Shown: positions 24,806-43,960 of the stretch, one piece after another | Layout: the number at the start of each line of letters is the position of its first letter | Position numbering within the stretch: position 1 is the first letter of the stretch | Source: Trichoplax sp. H2 | Taxonomy: Eukaryota | Direction: 5' to 3' | NCBI GenBank assembly: GCA_003344405.1 | Contig: NOWV01000030.1 | Location: 248,001-312,000 of the forward strand | Length of the DNA: 64,000 nt | The notes under the pieces: generated by a model | What the model was told of the DNA's origin: nothing | Seen by the model: only the letters and a program-made list of their open reading frames with translations | Databases searched by the model: none | Translations under genes and position numbers: made by a program

Positions 24806-26119
24806 GTTGTCTATAACTTGACTGGAACAAATGGATCTGATAGAACTAGACTGGATAGAACAGTAGGGAGCTCTGTCATAGCCACTAGGCAGAAAAAATG
24901 ATCTTCTACTGTACCATTTAGACATTCAGTAGAACAATCTTCCAGGATTTATAGCCACAAGGCAGAAAGGAAAGGATCCAAGATTCAGTCTCAAAATCGC
25001 ATACAGTGGCTAGAATAGAGTTGGAAACCATAGCGCGTTATCTATAGTAAATGTATACGATGTTACGTTACTGTATGGAACAGAAGGTAGCTCTATCATA
25101 GCCACTAAGTGGAAAGGGGACTTTCTAGGATTCACTATAGGAATTCCATACAGTAGATAGGATTACGCTCTAAACTAGAGTTAGCTGTCTATAATAAATC
25201 TATAAGTTCTTGATGTCTTATATTGACTGTTCCGTACAGTAGATAAATTCCTATACTGAATCGTATAAAGCCTCATACAGGATCGATTGTGGCTGAAGCA
25301 CCCTGTCTTAGCTATCGCTGCCTCATTCTACTGTATGGAATAGCCGCTAGCAATATAGGAACTGTATAAGCTATCTTACAAAAGTTTGCTTTTGTAAGAA
25401 GCAGTCTGGTCTAAGCCGTGGGACTGACGGTGCACTTTGTTCTACATTGACGCAAACAGCAGTATGGAAAAGAGGTTTTGACTACGTCCAATCCACCCCA
25501 TGCCAAGTTTATCCTTCTCGTCAGGTCTTGGACACCATTTTTGATTTGTTCTCTCTATCCATGGCTGCTGCTCCTCCAAACTTCTACCAATCATTCATCG
25601 ATGTCAAGCTGTAAACAAGTTTATTAATCGACTAGCAATCATTCATCCCGGAGTAAGTTGATCCTATCTTATAGGCTTGATGGATGCTTTAACATTGAGT
25701 TGGCATCATTTGTCTTGACGTAATCTATATTGACTGTATCGTTTGAAAGCTGATCTAGGTAGCTTGAGGCATGTCGTCTTGGAGCAATGGTTGAGTAAAT
25801 TGCATCTGATTTATTAATCGCTCTTTTAAAATCGACCTGCCACCATGGATATTAGCATACAGTACTATACTACAGTGACTGCATGACTTTAGAATTGATC
25901 AACGATTGGTGAGTTGATGTTCTCTGAAACTCTCTCGTCATTTCTCCAGCGATCATCAATCCTCCTTCATCAAGTGAATGAATGCACGTTACAAAGTACT
26001 TGGACTATCTACTCGTATACGAATCAATGTTCTATACAGTGGCTGTGTCATTTTACAGTAGATCCATGATTCTCCATTAATGGAAGATCTTAGTAAGCCT
26101 GTAGTGATTTTCAAGTCAG

Positions 26120-27170
26120 TTCATCGCATTCCGGTGAATACAAACTGAGCTTACAGCTTAGACCATTTGTATTATTATCGTACTGTACAATGATGGATGA
26201 TTTTATAGCGGATTGATGCCATGTGAAAACATCGCATCAATTGTCTAGCGATCTTCACCTAACTTAATCGCATTCCAGTCCATACAAACTGAGCTTACAG
26301 CTTAGACCATTTGTATTATTATCGTACTGTACAGTGATGGATGATTTTATAGCGGATTGATGCCATGTAAAAAGATCGCAATAATTGTCTAGCAATCTTC
26401 AGTAAGTTCATCGCATTCCAGTCAATACAAACTGAGGTTATAGCTTAGACCATTTGTATTATCATCGTACTATACAACAATATATACTGTACTGTGATGG
26501 ATGATTTTATAGCGGATTGATGCCATGTGAAAACATCGCATCAATTGTCTAGCGATCTTCACCTAACTTAATCGCATTCCAGTCCATACAAACTGAGCTT
26601 ACAGCTTAGACCATTTGTATTATTATCGTACTGTACTGGGATGGATGATTTTATAGCGGATTGATGCCATGTGAAAACATCGCATCAATTGTCTAGCGAT
26701 CTTCACCTAACTTAATCGCATTCCAGTCAATACAAACTGAGCTTACAGCTTAGACCATTGGTTTTATGATCGTACTATACAACATTATATACTGTGATGG
26801 ATGATTTTATAGCGGATTGATGCCATGTAAAAACATCGCATCAATTGTCTAGCGATCTTCATCTAACTTAATCGCATTCCAGTCAATACAAACTGAGCTT
26901 ACAGCTTAGACCATTGGTTTTATGATCGTACTATACAACACTATATACTGTGATGGATGATTTTATAGCGGATTGATGCCATGTAAAAACATCGCATCAA
27001 TTGTCTAGCGATCTTCACCTAACTTGATCGCATTCCAGTCAATACAAACTGAGCTTACAGCTTAGACCATTGGTTTTATGATCGTACTATACAACACTAT
27101 ATACTGTGATGGATGATTTTATAGCGGATTGATGCCATGTGAAATCATCGCATCAATTGTCTAGATCATT
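26120..27170. repeat. Tandem repeat, 7 units of 143-161 bp, with degenerate copies to about 25940 and about 27790
   Basis: ATACAAACTGAG at 26138, 26282, 26425, 26586, 26730, 26886 and 27042. Confidence 0.95.
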
Positions 27171-28065
27171 CATTAATCCTTCACTGGGTCAATCGTATCA
27201 GAGTGAATGGATGTTCCAAAATGCTTTCATTTCATAGCTTAGACCACCTCTATTCACGTACAGTAACTATGCAGTGATAGCATGCTTTATAGTTGGTCAA
27301 CGATTTCGCTTGATGAATGTAAAAATAGATCTTGTAAATCCTTTAGCGATCCTTCAGTAAGGTAATTACATTACAGTTCATGAATATTCCAAAATACTTT
27401 CACTTGATAACTTAGACTACCTATATTCACGTACAGTACCATGCAGTAACACCATGATTTAAAGATGATCAATGATTCGCTCGATGAATGTTATGTGAAA
27501 ATATATCTCATGAATCTTTAGCCATTCTTCAATAAGTTAATCATATCAGTCTTAATGAATATTCTAAAATACTTTCATTTGATAACTTAAACTACCTATA
27601 TTCACCTACAATACTATGCAATAACAGCATGATTTAGAGTTAATCATCTCTCTAATAATTAATTATTAATATCATGTGAAAATATCTTATAAATCCTCTG
27701 GCCATCCTTCAGCCAGTTCATCGCATCAAACTTAATAAATGTTTCAAAATTGAGCTTAGACTGTCTACTGTATATTAACCATTTAACCTACAGTACTATA
27801 CTGTGACTCTTGATAATAATCCAATAGCGTGCCAACAACTTACCTCACATGATATTTTAAGTTAACCAGATAACAAAGATAAAAGGCCCATTTCTAGCAA
27901 CATACAGTGTATACCTCCTATACCTCTCGAGGATAGTTTCAATTGCTTATAATCTACTAAACCTGATCTTTGTTATCAATATTGCATAGGCACCATTTCT
28001 CACAGGATACGCTAAGCAATCAAGGCTGACTCTTTCAAGATACTAAACCAAAATTCGGCAAGTTA

Positions 28066-29814
28066 ATGGCTAGCGAGCAATCTTCCGCAGTGTTATTACC
28101 TGCTAATCCTATAGAGCAATACGTTATTTTAGCTAAAAATTTCCATGGTAGTGCTATTGTTTCACTTATAAATCAAGCCTTGGATGCTAATGGAGTATAT
28201 ATCTTTGGTGAATTATTGGAACAACCATCCGTTCAGGAAATAGCTGAAGGCCCTGATGCAAAGTATTACAAGTTGTTAAAGTTATTTGCTTATGGTATTT
28301 GCAGTGATTACGAAGGTAAAATTACAGTAATGATTACATATTATATGAGACAATGCAATATTCATAGTAATAGATATTAATAACGAAAGGGATACAGTTT
28401 TGCCGATCATTGTATAACAAATATTATTTAGCCAAGGAATTCAACCATAGCATTTACCATTTTGACTATATTAAAATCTTGTAGAGAATAAGGACGAATT
28501 ACCTGAGCTGACCCTTATTCAAAGGCGAAAACTTCAACAATTAACTATAGTCTCCCTAGCATCCAAGAACAAAGTAAGTTCAATAATTCAAGAGAATAGT
28601 GTAGCGTATACAATAGTGTAAGTCAATATCAACAAGTATTTGGCATCAAACACGATCCGATATCGTATGAGTACATTTCATGAAAAAGGGATTATTTGAC
28701 TAAACAATTGGTATATACATGTAAATAAATTGCTTTGCTAAGTGATCCTACTGTCTCTTCCAGCGTATTCCGTATCATGAATTACAATCACAGCTAGGCA
28801 TTAACGACTTAAGAGAACTAGAGGTAAGTGAATTGTACATTAAGTCACCTATGATGGTTTTAATGTCAAAGTTTTTGGTAGAGATGGTATTCAATTCTAT
28901 TATCTATTGCCTTCTTTTAAGTAATAATTTTACGTACGCTACATTTACTCAGATCAGTAAGCGTTGTTTGTATCATACATAAAAGGATCTAATTATTGAA
29001 ACCATCTACACTGGCATTATTGAAGGCAAATTAGACCAACAAGAACAAATGGTAACTAGTTGCTGCACTCAATTGTGTTAATATTAACATTTAGGCTTTG
29101 CATATTTTAACATTGATCAGATCTCATGTTAAAGTTGTAACCAGTCTTTAATTCTTTATTAGTTTGAGGTAGATTTTGCAATAAGTCGAGATGTCCGATC
29201 AGATTCTGTCGATGAAATCATTAATACACTAGAAACTTGGTATGTTGATGACATAACTGCTGATATTCTTACTCAATTTATATGGAATCCCAAGAACTTT
29301 TGCGCTTTGATTTCTAGCGCTATTAATTACTGGTTAATTTATAATGAGATAGGTGCAATAGGTGTGATACTACATTGAAAGATTTAGAAGATGAAATTCG
29401 GAAAGCCAATAGTGTCAAAGCAGAAAAGGAGGCTGCAAAAAATGAAATTAAAAACAAGGTAATGAAACAATTTTATTGTACTTTGGTATTCCTTAGTGGT
29501 AGTTATACTTCATCATAAAACACCAGTCGGAGTTCGGAGTGACACTTGGCTCTGATGCCCTAGTTGGCATAGTGGTTTATGGATGTTGATGAATGAACTA
29601 TTGATGAACCGGCTAAAAAAAATGCATGATTCAAATATATATTGATGTCAAACTTTAGATTGAGAAAATTAAAGCCATGATCAAAGAGGAAGCAGCTGCA
29701 AGTGGTAGTGCAACGTCTCCAGGAAAAAAAGAAACTCCTTCTTATTTGAAATTACCCAAAAAAGTTCCTCGAGAAGGAGGAGGACTACGTGGAAGTAAAG
29801 TGGGACGAGATTAA
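28066..29814 (+). CDS. COPS7: COP9 signalosome subunit 7 (PCI domain), 7 coding exons
   Basis: Exons 28066-28315, 28485-28573, 28764-28823, 28986-29051, 29163-29239, 29353-29458, 29659-29814. They encode ...NPIEQYVILAK...LINQALDANGVYIFGELLE...LLKLFAYG...KLQQLTIVSLAS...IPYHELQ...LRELE|DLIIETIYTGIIEGKLDQ...SRD..., with a C-terminal GLRGS motif. A likely 5'UTR acceptor lies at 27989. Confidence 0.95.
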
Positions 29815-31499
29815 TGTGTTAAGACTCTGATTTACAGCTAATATTATTGAGTTCGTTTGGTCGAATATTTATAGTGATAAATACATGTACTATCTCAACT
29901 AATATGATAGGGGATTAGGATAACTATATGTACAATATACAATAAAAGTAACCTTAAGTGGTAGAGTCGTGTAACGTATTTGTATTATTACTGTACGATA
30001 AAACAAAAATTTACTAAAGTATTTCGATACTACTTTGACGATCATGATGCGATTTGCGGTGTCATACGGATATTGGTTATCCTATATTTTATCCATATCA
30101 TCGCAGGCAATAGGGCTAGTTGCATATAACATCGTGTTTGATCGTCTCATTCGTAATATAACTGAGCTTTTGTTACTACTTATGAAAGTAGTTTTGTTTA
30201 TTTGATATATATATAATGCTTAGTAACTGTCTGAAGATTACTTCAGTATTGCACTTCGTTATTAAGAACACTTGATTCCAGTCTAGGTTATAACCATATT
30301 TGTATTGAGCTGAGAGTGTCTCATACACTCGTATAAAGCCTAGATGGAATACTGGCTTTTTTTTGTATACAAGTTGTTGAATAGACGAGCGGTGATTTTA
30401 AAGCCTGCTTTTATTACTACGCTATTACAAATTAAAGGTGAGAATTCCAGTTAGAGTATGTGAAGTCATTTTGAATTTTTACAATCTTGATAGTAAAATT
30501 GGATGGTTCTTTGCTAGAGCGCGCTATTGCTATCATGATTATTACTTGTAGCACTTGTAATTTTATAACTTTTATTTCTACCTACTATATAAATTACGTA
30601 GCAATCTATATGTCTCTTTGGTCAGTAAGCTAGTGACTATCTTTCTCTCGCCATAAATTGATTGGTGGTGTACTACAGTATTTAGGGTTGATCAGAGTTA
30701 TTTTGGCCCTCATCACTATACTCAGTGGATGATTTCATGGACTTTTTGTATATTATAATGGAAATTGTTTAGCTATCTCAATTACTGTTAGCAGATTATT
30801 CTATCAGGTGACTAGTTGATCGTGAAAGATCTTTCTCTCTACCTTTCGCCAAATTACTACAATAAGATCGAACGAAGGAATCTGGAGGATCGATAAGATA
30901 TCATGCACTACGAATCACTGATTACTTACTCAGACTACTCCTAGCCATTATTGTAATATGCATTATGCAAGACTTCCAACCACTTGGTCGATATAAAGGA
31001 AAAATGCACACATCAAATACTGTTGATATTATTAACCATCAATGTTTATTTTGCAATGCGGTAGCCAGAGCCATTTTCCCCCAAACGTTTATCACCATTG
31101 AGAACGGTGCAGTGCTCTACAGTATCTCCAATCAAGCAGACTCATTTGTAGTTATTGTAGTATGCATTATGCAAGATTTGCCACCGCATATTGAATTAGC
31201 GATTCTAAAGTATTTATTTTCAATACAGTAATAACAGCCGCTTCTGCAAAATAGGTGTCACAAGGATAGACATAGTCATAAACTAGGAATTGCACAGTAA
31301 ATTACAGTCTCTCCAATCAGACAGGCTGTGAACGAGATATTTAATGTGCATTTCTAAAACAATTTCTTATTAATAACGTAAAGTCTACGCTTATGAGATA
31401 GATTCTATCCACTTTATGACATCGCTCATTCCATTTCTGCAGCCGTTCTTGCTGCGAATTTCCTTCAGTCCCTCCATCCGTTTGTCCATCCGACACCTC

Positions 31500-31960
31500 T
31501 GTAAGTCGTGATCACGACGTGAACACTACGTGATCACCAGACGTGTCGAGGGTGTCCCAGTAGAGCGTACGTAGTGTAGAGCGTGCGTCACCCTCATCGA
31601 ACGAGAGCCAAGGAGATGCTTCCAGAATGATCACATGACCCTATTAAGCAATGGTGAGTGGCTTGACTTCATGAATGAGTATTGAGTAGGTGGGCGACGG
31701 TGACTCTTTTGCGGACCTTTCAATACTTTGATCAACATGCTCATCCATCTGTGCTACCGACTAGGATTACACTGCACCAACAGCGTATTATGCCATCTTG
31801 TTACACGGAGCACAGATGGACGCGTCAACACATCGAGTGTGACGCTACTGTACGAGGGTTGAACACAAAATCGTACGTACTACACTAGTACAAAAGGCTT
31901 GACGCAAATTGACTGGTTACAGTCCGGATTTCCTCCTTCTGCAAGCTGGTAAGTCAAAGG
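31500..31960 (+). promoter_or_regulatory. Putative GAPDH promoter and non-coding first exon
   Basis: Locally CpG/GC-richer. A pyrimidine-rich TTTCCTCCTTC precedes a consensus donor CTG|GTAAGT near 31949, with a matching acceptor TGCAG at about 33392 upstream of the ATG. Clustered RCGTG motifs at 31517-31585. Confidence 0.55.
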
Positions 31961-33444
31961 GAAAAAAAAAAATTTTTTTCTAGTCGAAACTATTTCAATT
32001 CGTCGTCATTTGCAGTCAATTTAGAGCTCATTTCCAGTCGTTGAGATCTTTCCTGTTGTAATGGATGGAAGCTACGTGTGTTATGGTAGTGTAGATTTTA
32101 TTAGGCTAAAACATTGAGATGGAAAATTAGGACATTTCGCTTACTTGTGTAGATTAGCACTGTGAGAAGAGCGTTTCTACTCTATTGTTGTGCAAATAGG
32201 ACTTGTACGTGAGCCAGTATTCACCAACAGCTGAGCATAATCTTTCCACAGCTCCTACACCGATCCCACGCCATTTTTAGTACATCATTTGCTAATGATT
32301 AGCGTAATGGACGATGTAGTCGCTTACTTTTCTTACAAATGGCCAGTAATGGACGCCATGGACTGTAAATAAATCAATTTTCCTTCATGTTGTCTTTTTT
32401 CACTGCACTGCGCTACCGAAACGGATTCCATGGACTACGTCACGTAGGCATATTGTATTTCAATGTTTGAATTATCTACTTACTCTATATGGCGAGTATA
32501 CGTAATACAGTGAGGATTCTTCAAATGATCTTAGAATAGGACTAAACTGAATTAGTAGCACTAAGTAGTAAAATAGCTTGCATGAACGGTAAGCTGAACC
32601 AAGTACAGTAGTCTCTACTTGAAACGAACTTGTAGTACCATACAATTATCCAATGAAATCTTGGCTAATTCAAAGTACACTTCTACGTCGAATTGGCAGT
32701 ATAGACTAATAGAAGTAATTATTATTATTATGCTGTAATAAGTATCATTAATATGATCACTTAACGTACCAATGCAGCAATCCTTATTCATCATGAGTCA
32801 TACGAGACTTAGAGCAAACCGTGAACAGGTGGAACTATAGGTACAAAGCTATTGATGCATTTTGTTGCAGGGTGTAAAACGTCAATTGATAAATCTACAC
32901 TAAATTACGATGCACGCAACTCCCAATGCGATGTCATGGTAATTTTTCATGCGTAATAAATTGGTCCAAACTCATGAGAGCTACTTTCAATCAACTTCAA
33001 GTTTTTTGAATAAATTATTTATTTATAAAATCATCGGTCAATATAGTACATGATTAATAATTTTTACCGTAGAAATAACATAAAATTTGAACTCGACATG
33101 ACCCGAAAATTTTTGTTGTAATCGCAAGGACGATCATGTTCTGTAGCGCTAGACAACACTCGATAGGTAGTTTACCTATTAAAATCAAGTGACAGTAATT
33201 TACTTTTAATACAGGTCGATTCTTAAATTGAACTTTAATATTATTATTTCAGCGACTGACTGTGAATCAAACGTCTGAATGTTTGTTATCGCATAAGTGT
33301 ATATGTCATATAGGACATATATAGAGATAGATAAGAACATGGGAATCTGCAACTTTTTAGACAATTAAAGTAGTATTTTTCTTATGCTGCAGATCTTTGT
33401 CCTTTACTGCTGACGTGTCGATCTTACTCTCTGAATAAACAATC

Positions 33445-36078
<2,634 letters not shown>

Positions 36079-39056
36079 AGTGACTATTTACATTGCGAGC
36101 TATTATGTGACGTAAATGGACTGAGTTTAGGCTAATCGTTGAGCATTGCTATGCTGTAGACCGAGTAATATGATGTAATAACTATAGGTATAGTTATTCG
36201 TTTTTTTAATTACTTTCGTTATTGTAACCTGTATATGCTCAATGCATGTGGACAGTAACATAGAAATTTACAACTAAATGTTAAATTTGGCTTTTATGAT
36301 GCTCTATGAATGTTGTTATTGAGTGAGAATGGGAATGGTTACAATATCGTTATAGTTGTGATTGGAATACCTCGTTATGTATTCAATATAACTTTATGTA
36401 TCCCCTAAGAAGATTACATCTTTGTAAAACGTTGATCATGCAGTGAAATCATCGCTGTGATCTACTGGTGTGATTTTAACTCAATAAAATTATTGTATGG
36501 TATTTGTGTGTACCGTAAGCAGCTGGTTTGTCACTGTTCTTACTATTGTAAATACAGTCGTTTTATTCGTCTTAATTGATAATCACGATTAGAGTTCACG
36601 ATCTTAAATTGTGTTGCACTGTGCCTCAGATGACTTATACGTTACGATTTGTCTGTTATAAGGATGGGACTCGAAAGTTGCAGTGGCAATTTCCTTGTAA
36701 TGTTACTTAAAATTGCGATATTACATTAGAAATGGATGTTTTGTAGAAAGGATATCGTAGCAAAATACTTTTCAACATGACCGTCACTGGTCATCACTTT
36801 AGACTCTATTATATATGTTGATCTCGTCGATGAAATAACATGACAGCAATATCAGTAAGCCTCCAATCCAGCGTGCATGCAAGCTGGACCATTTCTTGTT
36901 AGCTCTAATATTTAAACAGGCATACTATATATTGTTCATGCTCTAGAAGATTAATGTTAGATAGTAGAAAGTGCAGTAAATAAACTCTACCGTATATACG
37001 AAGTATTCTAAGTACTAAAGCGGTACATGGTTGCATACGCGAGATTCATTTTGGTAGTCAATTTTCAAGTTACGACGCTGACAATACAAACGCAGATTTG
37101 AAAAGGAGTTTTGAGTTCGTATTACATATAAGAATATCCTTTTATTTCTACTTCAGTAAGTACAGTACATACATTACTGTAGCATTTGATGCGATACACT
37201 ATATTCTTAGATCCTGATGATGCTGTTGAAGTATATCGTAGAAGAGCAACAGTTGGATGCATATGGATCGCCAAGTTTTCATAGTACTGTACAAGGCATG
37301 ATTGCAAAAGTATAGATAAATTGCCATATTTCAAAATATGATGAAAGTTCTGTTTTATGCATCAAAAATGTAATAGTCTACGATCATACTTTATAATGTA
37401 TTTCGTCTTCAATACAAAACGACTTAGTTTGGATATAGAAAACCAACATCAATCTGGCTGGAAATAATGACAGTTCTCATCCAACAATACGCATGCACGC
37501 TAGCAATCTTCTCGAATTCATAATTAATTCATAAGGCAGCGGCAGTGGCTAAATTGCATCAGCCATCAATGAAAGTAAGTGCAGAGTTGATAGTAGGTTA
37601 AACTATGCGATAGTGTCTGATTTAATATTCTTACAACATAGGGATAAATCTATTCGGTAAGCTATTAAATAGGCAAGCATATTGCAGGCTTGAAATTAGA
37701 TTCTATCGTTGATAGAGAGAGTAAAGACTTCAACCAAGTTTGCATGATTTGACATTTTGCTTCCATGACTTTCTTATCAATTTCATGAGCTTTACAAATT
37801 AGAGCATCAATTACAATCAAGGTTTAGTCTATCCTTATGGTATATCTGATATCCTTCAACGTAGTGCTAGTTTTATTTTATCAGTGTTAAAACTGTTAAC
37901 GCAAAATAGAGTACGAGTAGACATGGATAGAAAGTCTTGGTAGATCATCAGCCGGTCGATAAGCTACTTTCCATAATCAACAAGTTTATCGATCATCTAT
38001 CAGCATAGCTAGAAAATAGAGTAGGAACGAGTGATCGTAACGCAAAGAAAGCTGGAATGGCTTGAACTGTTGGTGTTGGTAAATAACAATTTAGGACGAT
38101 ATTCTCGATTTCTTGTCTATCGTTGATAGATTTGTACTCTACCGCATTAGTATGAAATACTCTACCAGCTTTGGATATAAGGTACAGATTAAGTATGTAA
38201 AAGTTCTTGATGGACATATTTAAGTATGGCTGGAAAGTAAATCGAAAAGTAATCGGCGGAGATGGATAGAGAGATTGCTCTAAGCTCATCATTTTATACT
38301 GTACCTTGGCTAAAATTCAATAATTGTAATTGATAGATAGCCTAAAGTCATTATTGATATGCTTTAAAGCCTAACTTTCTCTGAAGTTGTGATATTTGTC
38401 ATTTGATCGCCGCTTGGCACGATAATCTTGTCTACGCAACAGTTATAAATCTCTTTTAGGTAACAAAGGTTATTCGTTCTCAAGATGTCTAGCTCCATCT
38501 CAGATTTTCGGTTCTACCAGTAGCAATGTTATAACTACAGTAATTCTACAAGAACTAACTACCACTTTTGGGTATACTAGTCAGAACTTTTATTACTCAC
38601 ATAACAATATCCTCCTGTGTAAATCACACATATACCTAGTTTCATATTCATTAAAAGTTATATTAAGAAAATAGGTTAGAACTACAGTAGTTGTCCAATG
38701 AGTGTAAAGGGTGGCTACTCATGCAAAATATTGCAGTAGGACTTGTCTTAACTCTACTCTATTTCTCTATATTACTTTTACATTGCGTTATGAAATCGAT
38801 AGTCAAGTTTGCGGTCACTGTCGATTTCGTACTCAGTGATATTTAAAGTCGACAAGCGTTAGTATTTTCGTTGTTTCTACCTATACGAAACCTTAAAATC
38901 CGTAGATATAATCCTTGATTGATCAGGCTGTACATAATTATTGCTTCGTGTTATAGCAATCATCAGCTAACGATGAATTAATCGCTCAATTGTAATTTTC
39001 GTTGTTATATTGATGCGTTCCGTCTACTCTGCAGTTTAGGTTCTACTGGCTACTAA

Positions 39057-41446
<2,390 letters not shown>

Positions 41447-42439
41447 TCAACTTTACTCTATCCAATAGAGTGCAATACTAGTAGCTAATATAGCCATTCA
41501 TATTGTATGTTTTGCGTATAGTTTAAATTTCGAAAACATTTCATTTATTAATTTTAACGATATATTCAGTTATTAAAGTTAGATAACTTTAAGATATATC
41601 TCATATATCCATGTAACGAGAAATGAGATTGTAATACAGTGACCATATCTTAATTGCTTAATTAAAGCCTTCTCAACTAGGCACTTGATATGTATACCAT
41701 ATCGGTATTATCAATATTCTAATTTTTTAGTTATAATGAAGTTGGTTAAAATTGGGAGATAAGTATGGGCTAAATCATAGTATACTGTAAGCATGAAAAT
41801 CTGCTAATGTTGTTATTCCATGGCTAAAAATGTCTTCTACATAATCTAGTAAAAAAATGCTGCTTAATATTGTTTTGATAAAACTACGAAGGCTAGGTCG
41901 ATATTTTATTTCTCATGGAATACTCTATAGCTCCTGTAGAGGAGTGTGAGTGTGTTTCTAGATGGAAGATATGAATTATACAGTATATATATAAATTGTA
42001 AGTCTCATACGCAGTTCACCAAAGAACTTGGACTTCTAATTTATACAATAAAAATCAAATGAAATAACTCTAAAGAACTAACGGTAAAGAAATTTTTATC
42101 TACTTTGAATTGCATGTTAAAATATATCGGTCGGATATCATGAGGAGTTGCAATTGGTAGAATTTTACTCATCGTATATACCTTTAGAGCTTTTCTATTT
42201 CATATATGCATAGTAGGATGATATCTAAAAGTACTACTAGATAGAAGCGCCCGAAATGTCAATATCTTAATCCAAATTTGATCCGAAAAATTTTCTTCTA
42301 ATGAGGATTCGATCCCAAGGGAAGGTATAGGTGTGATGAAAGATTGGTGCTAGCAAACGTGGTTTCATTCAAGTTTTCGCTATTAAATAATGTTAGATGC
42401 TGCTATAAGATACAACTATTAATCTGTAGTTTATCCCGT

Positions 42440-43960
42440 CTGTGCAGACTGCTGAGTTACCTCAAATTGTAGGCAAATTAGATGCCGAATCAGATATTCA
42501 ACTTACAAACTCTTTTAAGCAAAGACTTAGGATTCATAACGTGTATATCTCATCCCTAATGTTTATGAATCATATAAATTATAACTATTTTTACGAATTT
42601 CTAACTGTTTGACCTAGTATTTCAATCGTTTTACATACCTTACCTAAGCAGCAAAGACATGATGTAATGAAAGGAATGAACTGAATCGTCGATCTATCAT
42701 TTCTTAAATTAAAATTGCTTGGTTACTTCCAACATACTCGTATCTGTATATCAATAAATGTCGTAATCGGATATTGAATATATAGACTATGTACTAAAGT
42801 AGTCAGGCATACGGAATAGACTACTGAATTGCCATAACTTGTAGACAAGTTACTAATCTCACCAAAGATAAATGAATAGATTCTTATCCGTGAAACTTCA
42901 AACATGGGCATAACATAGATATTGTCATGGTACAATTGCTTCTATTCATTCGCATCCCTAGCTATTTAATGAAGTATTTTAACCTATACTACATATTCTG
43001 ACAGATAGGACAGGTTCACCAAATGAATGAATACAGTGTACAGCATATAATTATAATATTTACATCTCTATAATTGAAGCATGCTATATTTTCATAATCG
43101 AATTGTCTTTTCTCAAACTACAATTTTTGCAGAGTTAACTATCTAACGCCCTGAATATTGAAAGGCATCGCAACATTTTTGCATGTATATCACTAATTTC
43201 TTATATATTGTGCGTGCATATTACATATATGCATAGACAGGACGATATAGAGGAATAAACTGCTGAATTGCCTCAAATTACTAGTAAATTAGAATTTGCA
43301 TCAGATGTTTCAATATACGTATGCAGATATTTTAACATGAGGAGAATAAACGGTTATATCCTATACATATTACCTTAAATGGATAAAATTATATTTATTT
43401 ATACTAAATTTCTTATATAATATTATATAAATGCATAAACAAGGTCGTCTAGCTCAATAGACTACTAAATTGCCTCCAATTACTGGCAAATTAGAATTTG
43501 TATCAGATATTTCAATGTACAGATATTTAACATGAGATGAATAAACGGTCATATCCTATACCGGTACATGTTACCCTAAATAGACAAAATTATATTTATG
43601 TCAAAATTCTTATATAACATATATAACATAGATGGGGTTGTATAGGTCAATAGACTACTAAATTGCCTCAAATTACTAGTAAATTTAGAATTTGCATCAG
43701 ATATTTTCATATGCAGATGCTTTAACATGAGTATATTACCCTAAATGGACAAAATTAAATTTATACTTAATTTTCTTATATAAAATATACGCGTATATGC
43801 ATCAACAGGGTTGTTTAGGTCAATAGACTATTGAATTGCCTCAAATTACTTGTAAATTATAATCTGCAGATGTTTCAATATACAGATATTTTAATATGAG
43901 GAAAACAAATGTTCGTCTTCCGTGCATACTACCCTCACTGGAAAAATTATATTTATCATC
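42440..43960. repeat. Degenerate tandem family (about 170-200 bp, about 6 copies)
   Basis: AGACTACT.AATTGCC.CAAATTACT.GTAAATTAGAATTTGCATCAGAT at about 42446, 42818, 43257, 43458, 43652 and 43825. Confidence 0.8.
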
